From the NCBI GenBank assembly GCA_039026915.1, contig JBCCLJ010000005.1:9654-73653 (forward strand): a DNA stretch of 64,000 nucleotides, given 5' to 3'. Below are positions 1 to 8,709 of the stretch, in pieces. Every line of letters begins with the position of its first letter. Within the stretch, counting starts at the first letter, position 1. Under the pieces are notes generated by a model that made no database searches, was not told where the DNA came from, and saw nothing but the letters and a program-made list of their open reading frames with translations. The position numbers were made by a program, and so were the translations under genes. Origin of the DNA: Acidobacteriota bacterium. Lineage in GTDB: Bacteria > Acidobacteriota > Thermoanaerobaculia > Multivoradales > Multivoraceae.

Positions 1-800
1 TGCGTCGCGAGACCGAGCTCTTCTTCGAGCATGTTCTGCGCAGCGGCGCCGCGGCCGACGAGTTGCTCACCGCGGAATACTCGTTCGTCAACGAGCGCTT
101 GGCGCGCCACTACGGTCTGCGCGGCGTCGTCGGCGACCGCTTTCGCCGCGTCAGCTTGGCCAGCACGGAGCGTCGCGGCCTGCTCGGACACGGCAGCGTG
201 CTGACGTCGACCTCTCACGCCGACCGCACCTCGCCCGTGCTGCGCGGCAAGTGGATCATGGGCGTCCTGCTCGGCAGTCCGCCGCCGCCGCCGCCGCCCG
301 ACGTGCCCGACCTCGAAGCCACCGAAGAGGTCGCGCACGGGCGACGACTCACCGTGCGGGAACGCATGGAGATGCACCGGGCCAACCCCGCCTGCGCTTC
401 CTGCCACGACGTCATCGATCCTCTGGGCCTCGCCCTGGAGACGTACGACGTGACCGGAGCCCGCCGCATCAAGGACCAGGGACTCCTGGTCGACGCGACG
501 GGCGAGATGTACGACGGTCGCGAGCTGCGCGGCGTCGAGCAGCTGCGCGGTGCGCTGCTGGACTACCGGCCTGCATTCCTGACGAACCTGACGGTGAACC
601 TGATGTCTTACGGACTCGGTCGCCGGATCGAGGCGCCCGACATGCCCGAGGTGCGACGGATCGCGCGGCGCGCCGCGGCCCGCGGCGACCGTCTCGACGC
701 CTACGTTCGCGAGGTCGCTCTGAGTCCTTCCTTTCGAGCCAACGACCGGGTGCAGGGAGCCTCTGCACCCCCTTCCGAAGAGACGCGGCGTCGCCGCTGA
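1..800 (+). CDS. DUF1592/DUF1588/DUF1585-type protein, C-terminal part (5' end lies outside the window)
   Basis: Frame 3 is open from the window edge (RRETELFFEHVLRSG...) to TGA 798-800. Motifs typical of the family: LLTAEYSFVNERLARHYGL, a poly-Pro tract GSPPPPPPPDVPDL, and CASCHDVIDPLGLALE. Lies directly upstream of a DUF1552-type gene, the canonical pairing. Confidence 0.75.
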   Translation, partial: RRETELFFEHVLRSGAAADELLTAEYSFVNERLARHYGLRGVVGDRFRRVSLASTERRGLLGHGSVLTSTSHADRTSPVLRGKWIMGVLLGSPPPPPPPDVPDLEATEEVAHGRRLTVRERMEMHRANPACASCHDVIDPLGLALETYDVTGARRIKDQGLLVDATGEMYDGRELRGVEQLRGALLDYRPAFLTNLTVNLMSYGLGRRIEAPDMPEVRRIARRAAARGDRLDAYVREVALSPSFRANDRVQGASAPPSEETRRRR

Positions 801-821
801 CCGCCTCCACTGGAGAGCCTG

Positions 822-2228
822 ATGATCAACTCCAAGAAGAAGCTCCCGAGACGCACCGTTCTGCGCGGTGTCGGCGCTGCGGTGGCGCTGCCCTTCCTCG
901 ACGCGATGGTGCCGGCCGGAACGGCCTGGGCGAGGCCGGGTGCGACGCGTGACGCGGCACAGGCCGAGGATCCGGCGCGTCTACTGTGCATCGAGATGGT
1001 GCACGGCGCTGCGGGCAGTAACGACTGGGGCGCGACGCAGAACTACTGGTCGCCGGCTGCGACCGGGCGCGACTTCGACCTTTCGCCCACCGCTCTCTCT
1101 TCGCTCGAGCCGTACCGCGACCGACTGACCATCGTCAGCAACACCGACTGTCAGCAGGCGGAGGCTCTCGAAGCCGATGAGATCGGCGGCGACCACTACC
1201 GCTCGAGCGCCGTCTTCCTGACGCAGAGCCACCCGCGTCAGACGCAGGGTTCCGACGTCCTCGCGGGCACCTCTCTCGACCAGCTCTACGCCGCTCGCTA
1301 CGGGCAGGAGACGTCGGTCCCGTCGATGCAGCTGTGTATCGAGAACGTCGATCAGGCCGGCGGTTGCGACTACGGCTACGCCTGCGTGTACTCGGACACG
1401 GTGAGCTGGCTGTCGCCGACCGAGCCGCTGCCGATGATCCGCGATCCGCGCGCCGTCTTCGACCGGCTCTTCGGCGTCGGCGGAACTCCCGAGCAGCGCG
1501 CCGCGCGCGCCGCGAGCCGTCGCAGCGTGCTCGACTGGATCGTCGACGAGGTCGCTCATCTGCAGCGCGAGGTCGGTGCCGAAGATCGGCTGCGACTCGA
1601 CCGCTATCTGACCAATGTGCGCGAACTGGAACGACGCATCCAGAAGGTCGTCGAGCGCAACAGCTCGGGCGAGGCGCGTGCGCTCCCCGAAGCCCCCGCC
1701 GGAGTCCCCGACTCGTTCGGCGAGCACGTGCGGCTCATGTTCGACCTGCAGGTGCTGGCGTTCGCTTCGGACGTCACTCGCGTCTTCTCCTTCAAACTCG
1801 GTCGCGATGCTTCGGCTCGCGTCTATCCGGAGAGCGGGATCGACAAGGGCTTTCATCCGCTGTCGCACCACGGCGACAAGCACGAGGTCATCGAAGAGTT
1901 CGCCGAGCTGAACCGCTACCACGTTTCGCACGTTCCGTATCTGCTCGAGCGTCTGGAAGAGGTCACCGAAGGCGATCAGACGCTCCTCGACAAGACGGTC
2001 GTGCTCTACGGCTCCCCGATGGGCGATCCCAACCTGCACAATCACCGACGCTGCCCGCTCTTCCTGGCGGGGGGCGGCAACGGTGCTCTCGACGGCGGCG
2101 TGCACCTGAAGGCCGACGACGGTACGCCGATGGCCAACGTCATGCTCGACCTACTGCATCGGCTCGGTCTCGAAGACCTCGACCAGTTCGGCGACAGCAA
2201 CGGCACCGTGTCGCTCGCGGCGGGCTGA
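822..2228 (+). CDS. DUF1552 domain protein with Tat-type signal
   Basis: ATG 822. N-terminus KKKLPRRTVLRGVGAAVALPFLDAM is twin-arginine-like. 468 aa, and its position immediately after a DUF1592/1588 gene matches the known pair. Confidence 0.8.
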   Translation: MINSKKKLPRRTVLRGVGAAVALPFLDAMVPAGTAWARPGATRDAAQAEDPARLLCIEMVHGAAGSNDWGATQNYWSPAATGRDFDLSPTALSSLEPYRDRLTIVSNTDCQQAEALEADEIGGDHYRSSAVFLTQSHPRQTQGSDVLAGTSLDQLYAARYGQETSVPSMQLCIENVDQAGGCDYGYACVYSDTVSWLSPTEPLPMIRDPRAVFDRLFGVGGTPEQRAARAASRRSVLDWIVDEVAHLQREVGAEDRLRLDRYLTNVRELERRIQKVVERNSSGEARALPEAPAGVPDSFGEHVRLMFDLQVLAFASDVTRVFSFKLGRDASARVYPESGIDKGFHPLSHHGDKHEVIEEFAELNRYHVSHVPYLLERLEEVTEGDQTLLDKTVVLYGSPMGDPNLHNHRRCPLFLAGGGNGALDGGVHLKADDGTPMANVMLDLLHRLGLEDLDQFGDSNGTVSLAAG

Positions 2229-4117
2229 TGCGACGCCTGCGCTGGGTTCTTGCGGTTGCCTTGCTGGCGGTGGTTCCGGGCCTGGCTGCTGCGTCGACGG
2301 ACACCGTGGTCGCCGCGGCGCGCGTCGGCGACGAAGCCCGCGTACGCGAGCTCTTGCGCAGCGGTGCCGACGTCGCCGAGCCAGAGGGCGACGGCATGAC
2401 CGCGCTGCACTGGGCGGCGCACAATGGCGACGCCACCGTCGCCCGCATGCTCGTCGTCGCGGGCGCGGATCTCGAGGCAGGGACTCGCGTCGGACGCTAC
2501 CGCCCGCTGCACGTGGCGACGCGATCTGGGAGCTCGGACGTGGTCGCGGTACTCATCGAAGCCGGAGCCGACGTCGATGCTGGGACGACGGCGGGCGGCG
2601 GTCGTGCGCTGCACTTCGCGGCCGAGTCCGGCGATCTCGAGAGTCTGCGCCACCTGCTCGCTGCGGGTGCAGAGATCAACGCGGGCGACGAGGCCTGGAT
2701 GCAGTCGCCCTTGCTCTACGCCGCGGCGCGGGGGCGCACAGCCGCCGTTCAGCTCCTGCTCGAAGGCGGCGCCGACATCGAATCGGCGAGTCGCGTCGTC
2801 TGGGTTCCCGAGAAAGCGACGGCGGAGCGTCAGGCGCGACGCAAGCGGGCCCAGAGACGCAGGGCGCTCGCGGCGCTGGAGACGCCGGAGGAGGACGACG
2901 CCTCGGGCGACGCAGCGAAGACGGAACCGGAGAAGCCGGCAGACGCCCCTCGAGAGCCGTCTTCGAAGGACGATCTGACCGAGTCTCCCGACCCTCGCGA
3001 CGAGCCGGCTCCCGAACCCGCGTCCGAGAAGGCAGCCGAGACGGAGTCCGAAGTCTCTTCGCTCGAAGACTGGCAGCTCAGCGAGCCTTCCAAGGCCCAG
3101 AAGGTCGGCTTCGCGCCCGGCTACCACGATCTCGTCGGCGGGCACGGTGGCCTGACCGCGCTGCACCTGGCCGCGCGCGAAGGTCACGTCGAAACCGTGC
3201 TCGCGCTTCTCGATCGCGGCGCGCGCATCGATCGACCGAGCGGCGGCGACCAGACGACGGCTCTGATGTTCGGCGTCATCAACGGCCACTTCGATCTGGC
3301 CATGGAGCTTCTTGGGCGCGGGGCCGATCCGAACGCGCTCACGGCGGCCGGCGCGAGCCCGCTGCACGCGGTCCTCAACACTCAGTGGGCCCCCAAAGCG
3401 AGCTATCCGCAGCCGGGTGCCTATCGACAGCAGGAGACGGACTACCTCGAGCTGATGGAGGCGCTGCTGAAAGCGGGCGCTCGACCCAACGTCCGGCTCA
3501 GCAAGCATCTCTGGTACGTGTCGTACAACTTCGAGCAGCTCGAAGACATGACCGGTGCGACCCCGTTCTGGCGCGCCGCCTACGCGACCGACGTCGAGGC
3601 CATGCGCCTGCTGCACCGCTACGGAGCCGATCCCACGATCCCCACGAGCAAGCTGCCGCCGCGCCGGCGGGTCGATCCGAGCCTCAAGTCCGGCCTCGCC
3701 GCCAAGAACGATCTCTCGGGGGTGCCGCCGGTCGAGACCGGAGGTCCGCATCTTTCGCCGCTTCATGCAGCCGCGGGCGCGGGCTATGGCGAGCGCTTCT
3801 CCGGCCACGCCCACCGTCACGTGCCCGACGGTTGGATGCCGGCGGTGCGCTACCTGGTCGAGGAGCTGGGGCTCGATGTCCGCGCCCGCGACCACAAGGC
3901 CTTCACGCCGCTGCACAACGCAGCGGCCCGCGGTGACGACGAGATGGTCCTCTATCTCATCTTTCGCGGTGCCGACGTGCACGCCAAGACGCGCAAAGGG
4001 CAGACGACCGCAGACATGGCCAACGGACCGGTGCAGCGCGTCAGGCCGTACGAGTCGACGCTGGCACTGCTCGAGAGCCTCGGCGTGGTCAACAACGGCA
4101 ACTGCCTGTCCTGCTGA
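2228..4117 (+). CDS. secreted ankyrin-repeat protein
   Basis: ATG 2228-2230 overlaps the DUF1552 stop TGA 2226-2228 (cTGATGc). Signal peptide MRRLRWVLAVALLAVVPGLAAAS. Repeated ANK consensus: GMTALHWAAHNGDATVARMLVVAGADLEAG, RALHFAAESGDLESLRHLLAAGAEINAG, LTALHLAAREGHVETVLALLDRGARID, FTPLHNAAARGDDEMVLYLIFRGADVHA. A charged Pro/Glu-rich linker sits mid-protein. The 927-aa track ORF from 1334 is an upstream extension that overlaps the previous gene. Confidence 0.85.
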   Translation: MRRLRWVLAVALLAVVPGLAAASTDTVVAAARVGDEARVRELLRSGADVAEPEGDGMTALHWAAHNGDATVARMLVVAGADLEAGTRVGRYRPLHVATRSGSSDVVAVLIEAGADVDAGTTAGGGRALHFAAESGDLESLRHLLAAGAEINAGDEAWMQSPLLYAAARGRTAAVQLLLEGGADIESASRVVWVPEKATAERQARRKRAQRRRALAALETPEEDDASGDAAKTEPEKPADAPREPSSKDDLTESPDPRDEPAPEPASEKAAETESEVSSLEDWQLSEPSKAQKVGFAPGYHDLVGGHGGLTALHLAAREGHVETVLALLDRGARIDRPSGGDQTTALMFGVINGHFDLAMELLGRGADPNALTAAGASPLHAVLNTQWAPKASYPQPGAYRQQETDYLELMEALLKAGARPNVRLSKHLWYVSYNFEQLEDMTGATPFWRAAYATDVEAMRLLHRYGADPTIPTSKLPPRRRVDPSLKSGLAAKNDLSGVPPVETGGPHLSPLHAAAGAGYGERFSGHAHRHVPDGWMPAVRYLVEELGLDVRARDHKAFTPLHNAAARGDDEMVLYLIFRGADVHAKTRKGQTTADMANGPVQRVRPYESTLALLESLGVVNNGNCLSC

Positions 4118-4254
4118 AGCTCGCGGCGTCGGCGACAGGGCGAGCCGATCGACGATCGTCCGGCTGCGGGCTCGAAGTCGAGTGCTCGGGGACGAGGCGA
4201 CAGAAGGCGAAGAGGCAAAGGAAATAGCAGGCGGCCGACGAGCGTCTAGCCTCT

Positions 4255-6453
4255 GTGATCCCCGAAATCCCGTTGCGGTGGTGGGCGCCGGTCGCCGTCC
4301 TCGTCGGCACGCTCGCGCCGACCTTCGCTCAGCCGCCCGCCGAGCGCCCGGCCCTCCGCGCCCGCGGTCTCGAGACTCCTCCCGTGATCGACGGGCAGGT
4401 GCTCGAGGATCCGGTTTGGTCCGGCGTCGATGCCGCGACCGACTTCTGGCAGGTCGAGCCTCTCGAGGGCGACGCCTCGGAACGCACGGAGGTTCGCATC
4501 GCCTTCACCGAAGAGCACCTCTATGTCGGGGTCGTCTGCTTCGACACGGAGCCCGATCGGCTCGTGATCGGCGATACGCGCCGCGACTCCCGGCTCGGCG
4601 AGTCCGACAGCGTGCGGCTGATCTTCGACACCTTTCGCGACGGTCAGAACGGCTTTCTCTTCGGCACCAACGCGGCCGGCATCGAGTACGACGCGCAGAT
4701 CACCGAGCAGGGCGGCCAGCGCAGCCGGAGAGGACCTCCCTCGGGGTTCAACCTCGACTGGAACACTGCCTGGCAGGTCGAAGCCCTGGTGGGTGACTTC
4801 GGCTGGAGCGCGGAGTTCGCGATCCCGTTTCGTTCGCTGCGCTATCCGGGCGGTCGCGAGCAGATCTGGGGCTTCAACGTCGAGCGGGTGATCGGTCGCA
4901 AGCTCGAGCGTTCGTACTGGGCCTCGATGGATCGGCGCTGGCGCATCTCCCGTGTCTCCGAGGCGGGACGTCTGTTCGGCTTGGCCGTGCCGAAGCAGCG
5001 CAACCTCAACGTCACGCCCTACGTGCTCGGCTCGGGGCGCAGCGTCGATGAAGAGGACGACTCCGAGGTCGATTTCGGTGTCGACGTGAAGTACGGCGTC
5101 ACGCCTTCGCTGATCCTCGACGTCACCTACAACACCGACTTCGCCCAGGTCGAAGCGGACGACCAGCAGGTCAACCTGAATCGCTTCAACCTCTTCTTCC
5201 CGGAGAAGAGACCGTTCTTTCTCGAGAACGCCGGGCTCTTCTCCGTCGGCAGTCCGGGCGAGCTGCAGCTCTTCTTCAGCCGCCGCATCGGCATCCAGGA
5301 CGGCCGGCAGGTGCCGATCCTCGGCGGTGCGCGGCTGTCGGGCCGCGCCGCGGGGCTCAACGTGGGCTTTCTCAACATGCAGAGCGAGGAGGCGCGCGAC
5401 GAGGATGGAGAGGTGCTGCCGGCAGCGAACTTCTCGGTTGCGCGGGCCGTCAAGGAGCTGCCCAACCGTTCGGCGGTCGGTGTCATGGCGGTGCACCGCC
5501 AGGAGACCGGCTCGTCAGCGGACGGCGACGCACGCAACACGGCCTACGCCGTCGACGGCCGCTGGGGCATCGGTCGGAACCTCGATCTCCAGGCGTACGC
5601 AGCCGGCTCGTCGACGCCCGACATCGAGGACGATGAGTATGCCTTCTCGCTGAGCGCCAACTACTCGTCGAGGCGCTGGCGCGCCGGCGTCGGCTATACC
5701 GAGGTCGGCGAGGGTTTCAATCCCGAGGCGGGCTTCTTGAGCCGGACGGCCTATCGCCGGCCCTCCTTCTTCGTGCAGCGCACCGTTCGTCCCAAGGACA
5801 AGTTCGGCATCCTCGAGATCCGGCCTCGCATCTTCCTGGTCACCTTCGAGGACTTCGACGGCTTCGAAGAGACGACCTTCCTCTCGGTCGGCGGCGACAT
5901 CGAGTGGCAGAACGGTTTTCAAATCAGCGCTTCGACCGGCCGCAACACGGAGGGCGTGAAGGAGGCCTTCGATCTGACCGACAACGTCACCATTCAGCCG
6001 GGCACCTACGAGGTCACAGACAGCCGGGTCTCGATCGAAACGACACGCGCTCGGGCGATCAGCGTGCGCGGGACCCTGCGCCACGGCGGCTTCTTCAACG
6101 GTGAGCGCGACGGCCTCAACGTCGACGTCCTGCTGCGAGCCGGCGAGCGGCTGACGTCGTCGATCGGCTGGTCCGTCAACGAGCTCGACTTCGGCAGCGA
6201 GGTGTCGAGCACGAACCTCGGTAGCCTCAGGGCGACCTACTCGTTCACCAACAACCTGTTCCTCGAGGCCCTGATCCAGTACAACGACGTCGCCGATCTC
6301 GTCTCCAGCAACCTGCGCTTCTCGTGGCTGCAGAGGTCGAACACCGGCCTCTTCGTGGTCTACAACGACAATCGCGGCATCGGCGCAGAGGGAGCACCCC
6401 CGGATCGCTCGGTGATCGTGAAGTTCTCGAAGTTCTTCGACGTGTTCGACTGA
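4255..6453 (+). CDS. CBM9-like / DUF5916 family protein (predicted outer-membrane beta-rich protein)
   Basis: N-terminal signal (WWAPVAVLVGTLAPTFAQP), then PPVIDGQVLEDPVWSGVDAATDFWQVEP, typical of the CBM9-like module that precedes DUF5916. The C-terminal two thirds show alternating-hydrophobic beta-strand patterns (LRATYSFTNNLFLEALIQYND..., GLFVVYNDN). GTG start at 4255 is uncertain. Confidence 0.7.
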   Translation: MIPEIPLRWWAPVAVLVGTLAPTFAQPPAERPALRARGLETPPVIDGQVLEDPVWSGVDAATDFWQVEPLEGDASERTEVRIAFTEEHLYVGVVCFDTEPDRLVIGDTRRDSRLGESDSVRLIFDTFRDGQNGFLFGTNAAGIEYDAQITEQGGQRSRRGPPSGFNLDWNTAWQVEALVGDFGWSAEFAIPFRSLRYPGGREQIWGFNVERVIGRKLERSYWASMDRRWRISRVSEAGRLFGLAVPKQRNLNVTPYVLGSGRSVDEEDDSEVDFGVDVKYGVTPSLILDVTYNTDFAQVEADDQQVNLNRFNLFFPEKRPFFLENAGLFSVGSPGELQLFFSRRIGIQDGRQVPILGGARLSGRAAGLNVGFLNMQSEEARDEDGEVLPAANFSVARAVKELPNRSAVGVMAVHRQETGSSADGDARNTAYAVDGRWGIGRNLDLQAYAAGSSTPDIEDDEYAFSLSANYSSRRWRAGVGYTEVGEGFNPEAGFLSRTAYRRPSFFVQRTVRPKDKFGILEIRPRIFLVTFEDFDGFEETTFLSVGGDIEWQNGFQISASTGRNTEGVKEAFDLTDNVTIQPGTYEVTDSRVSIETTRARAISVRGTLRHGGFFNGERDGLNVDVLLRAGERLTSSIGWSVNELDFGSEVSSTNLGSLRATYSFTNNLFLEALIQYNDVADLVSSNLRFSWLQRSNTGLFVVYNDNRGIGAEGAPPDRSVIVKFSKFFDVFD

Positions 6454-6464
6454 GGAGATCGACG

Positions 6465-7217
6465 ATGAGATGGCTTGCGACCCTCGCTCTTCTGGCCATC
6501 GCGGTCTTCGCGCCGGAGGCCGCGAAGGCCCAGAATCGCTGCTACAACTGTCATCTCGCCCAGCAGCGTGAGGAAGACGCCGATCACCTGCGGGACTGGC
6601 GCGATTCGGTCCACGACCGCGCCGGCGTCGGCTGTGAGGACTGCCACGGCGGTGACGCCGGCACGCTGGTCCAGCTTCGGGCACATCGCGGCGTGCTGCA
6701 CAGCCTCCTCAGGAAGTCACCGACACACTGGAAGAACCTGCCGTCGACCTGCGGTGGCTGCCACGAGACGCTCTTCGCCGCGGCACAGCGAAGCGCTCAC
6801 TGGGCGCTCTTCTCCGAAGGAGAGCGGCGCGCTCCGTCGTGTGCGACCTGCCACGGACCCCTCGCCGTCGCGGGTCTCGGGTCGGGCGGTCTGAGCGGGC
6901 AGTGCTCGACCTGCCATGAAGCGGATTCCGAAGTTGGCCGCCAGATGGGGCGCAGGAGCTATCTCGCCAGAATTCGGGAGGTGCGGGCTGTCGTGCAGCG
7001 CGTCGGGCGTCGTGTCCTGCAGATCCGCGATCCCGGCGTGCGGCACGACGCGGGGGCCGTCTACTTCGACGGCCAGCAGACCTGGGAGGAGGCGATGGAA
7101 GAAGCCCACGCCTTCGAGCTGACCGAGATGCTGGAGTCGCTCGATCGAGCGGAGGATCGACTGCTGGAGCTCGAGTCGGCGCTCGCTGAAATGAACGAAG
7201 AACAGCGCGAGCGCTGA
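6465..7217 (+). CDS. pentaheme c-type cytochrome (secreted)
   Basis: ATG 6465 preceded by GAGGAG (6453-6458), 11 nt after the stop of the previous gene. Signal peptide MRWLATLALLAIAVFAPEAAKA. Five CXXCH motifs: CYNCH, CEDCH, CGGCH, CATCH, CSTCH. C-terminal Glu/Leu-rich helical tail. Confidence 0.85.
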   Translation: MRWLATLALLAIAVFAPEAAKAQNRCYNCHLAQQREEDADHLRDWRDSVHDRAGVGCEDCHGGDAGTLVQLRAHRGVLHSLLRKSPTHWKNLPSTCGGCHETLFAAAQRSAHWALFSEGERRAPSCATCHGPLAVAGLGSGGLSGQCSTCHEADSEVGRQMGRRSYLARIREVRAVVQRVGRRVLQIRDPGVRHDAGAVYFDGQQTWEEAMEEAHAFELTEMLESLDRAEDRLLELESALAEMNEEQRER

Positions 7218-7242
7218 CCGTTCGTACACCCCAACAAACGAA

Positions 7243-7272
7243 GGCCGTCCGAGACACGTGTCTCGAACGGCC
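7243..7272. terminator. bidirectional hairpin terminator between convergent cytochrome and glnII genes
   Basis: ggccgtccgagacac/gtgtctcgaacggcc is a near-perfect 15-bp inverted repeat with one mismatch. T-rich runs flank it on both strands (TTCGTTTGTTGG on the minus strand, GTGTTTG on the plus strand). Confidence 0.6.
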
Positions 7273-7307
7273 CACGCGGTGTTTGACGGGCGAAGTGACG
7301 TGAAGTC

Positions 7308-8324
7308 TTAGAGCGCTTCCTTCGTGGTTTTCACGATGGCGGCCGCGACCTTGTAGGGGTCGGCGTTGGAAGCCGGGCGGCGGTCTTCGAGGCGACCCTT
7401 CCAGCCGTCTTCGATGGTGCCGACCGGAATGCGGATCGAAGCACCACGATCCGAGACGCCGTAGCTGAACTTGTCGATCGACTGGGTCTCGTGCTCACCG
7501 GTGAGGCGCTGGTCGTTGTCGGCGCCGTAGACGGTGATGTGGCGCTCGATGTTCTTGCCGAACTCTTCGCAGATCGTGGTGAAGAGCTCCTCGTTACCGG
7601 CGTCGCGCATGGCGCCGTTGGAGAAGTTGGCGTGCATGCCGGAGCCGTTCCAGTCGGTGGCGCCGAGCGGCTTCGGATGGTAGTTGATGCCGAGCCCGTA
7701 GGACTCGCCGACGCGCTCGAGCAGGTAGCGTGCGACCCAGGTCTCGTCGCCGGCGCGGGCAGCGCCCTTGGCGAAGACCTGGAACTCCCACTGGCCCGTG
7801 GCGACCTCGCCGTTGATGCCTTCGACGTTGATGCCGGCCTCGAGGCAGATGTCGAGGTGCTCTTCGACGAGGTCACGGCCGAAGGCGTTCTTGGCGCCGA
7901 CCGAGCAGTAGTAGGGCCCCTGCGGCGGGGGATAGCCGCCGCCCGGAGGGAAGCCGGGAGGGTTGTCGATCGCGGGATCCCACAGGAAGTACTCCTGCTC
8001 GAAGCCAAACCAGAAGTCGTCGTCGTCGTCCTCGATCGTGGCGCGGCCGTTGGATTCGTGCGGCGTGCCGTCGGCGTTGAGGACCTCGGTCATGACGAGG
8101 TAGCCGTTCTTGCGGCAGGGGTCCGGAAAGATCGCGACCGGCTTCAGCAGGCAGTCGGAGGAGCTGCCGTCGGCCTGCTCGGTGGAGCTGCCGTCGAAAG
8201 ACCACATCGGGCAGTCTTCGAGCTTGCCGCTGAAGTCGCGTTCGATACGGGTCTTGCCGCGCAGGCTCTGCGTCGGCTTGTAGCCGTCGAGCCAGATGTA
8301 TTCGAGTTTGGACTTGCTCATCAA
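7308..8324 (-). CDS. glnII: glutamine synthetase type II (eukaryote-like GSII)
   Basis: 338 aa. KLEYIWLDGYKPTQSLRGKT..., WSFDGSSTEQA, FGFEQEYF, GINVEGINGEVATGQWEFQ, NGSGMHANFS, GADNDQRLTGEHET, SDRGASIRIP and LEDRRPASNADPY are collinear with rhizobial GlnII as I recall it. AGGAG lies 8 nt upstream of the ATG. Confidence 0.93.
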   Translation of the reverse strand: MMSKSKLEYIWLDGYKPTQSLRGKTRIERDFSGKLEDCPMWSFDGSSTEQADGSSSDCLLKPVAIFPDPCRKNGYLVMTEVLNADGTPHESNGRATIEDDDDDFWFGFEQEYFLWDPAIDNPPGFPPGGGYPPPQGPYYCSVGAKNAFGRDLVEEHLDICLEAGINVEGINGEVATGQWEFQVFAKGAARAGDETWVARYLLERVGESYGLGINYHPKPLGATDWNGSGMHANFSNGAMRDAGNEELFTTICEEFGKNIERHITVYGADNDQRLTGEHETQSIDKFSYGVSDRGASIRIPVGTIEDGWKGRLEDRRPASNADPYKVAAAIVKTTKEAL

Positions 8325-8436
8325 AATCTCCTGAATGGGATAAGGATTCTCGGGGGTTCAGGCGCTTCGCCCTCGGGACCGCGCACGGATGCACGGCCGA
8401 GACTTCCGCGGACAAGGACGTTTTCGTCGAGAGTTC

Positions 8437-8451
8437 GCAACTGCTGTGCCA
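8437..8451 (-). promoter_or_regulatory. sigma54 (-24/-12) promoter upstream of glnII
   Basis: Minus strand reads TGGCACAGCAGTTGC, i.e. TGGCAC-N5-TTGC, matching the RpoN consensus TGGCAC-N5-TTGCW. It lies about 113-127 nt upstream of the glnII ATG. Confidence 0.65.
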
Positions 8452-8709
8452 GTTGACCTTCGGCCGCGTTGGTGCCCGGTATCGCTGATTTCGCGGGAGT
8501 TTTTGCGAAGTGCCGCGGACCACGGATCCGGTGCGATGGAACACTTTTGTCGCCTGCCCTCTGAAGGAGGTTGCCCTAGAGGGTGTTCCTCAACGGAACT
8601 CGCGCAGAATGTGAGTGTTAGGGGTTTTTTCGGCGAATACAACAAATTTGTCGGAGAATCACCGTTGGGGCACGAAAATGTACAGATTTTCGAGGTGCCT
8701 CGAGCGGCG

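Noticed and set aside
279-299. (CCG)6CCC trinucleotide tract as a phase-variation or slippage site.
   Set aside because: It encodes the poly-Pro stretch (PPPPPPP) that is a conserved feature of this protein family. Triplet slippage would stay in frame. It is noteworthy only as a likely EF-P-dependent stalling site.
2042-3982. Very long antisense and out-of-frame ORFs (e.g. 981..2105 -, 2042..3982 -, 12501..14363 -, 15712..17997 -, 19143..20294 -, 34603..36624 -, 44524..45468 -).
   Set aside because: Their translations are Arg/Pro/Gly/Ala-rich low-complexity strings with no motifs. They lie opposite or out of frame to genes with clear family signatures. This is typical of shadow ORFs in high-GC DNA, where stop codons are rare.
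8325-8436. Possible glutamine (glnA-type) riboswitch in the ~100-nt glnII leader.
   Set aside because: Only a short GCGGAAGU resemblance to the motif as I recall it. I could not find the flanking conserved CGUUC/GAACG pairing elements.
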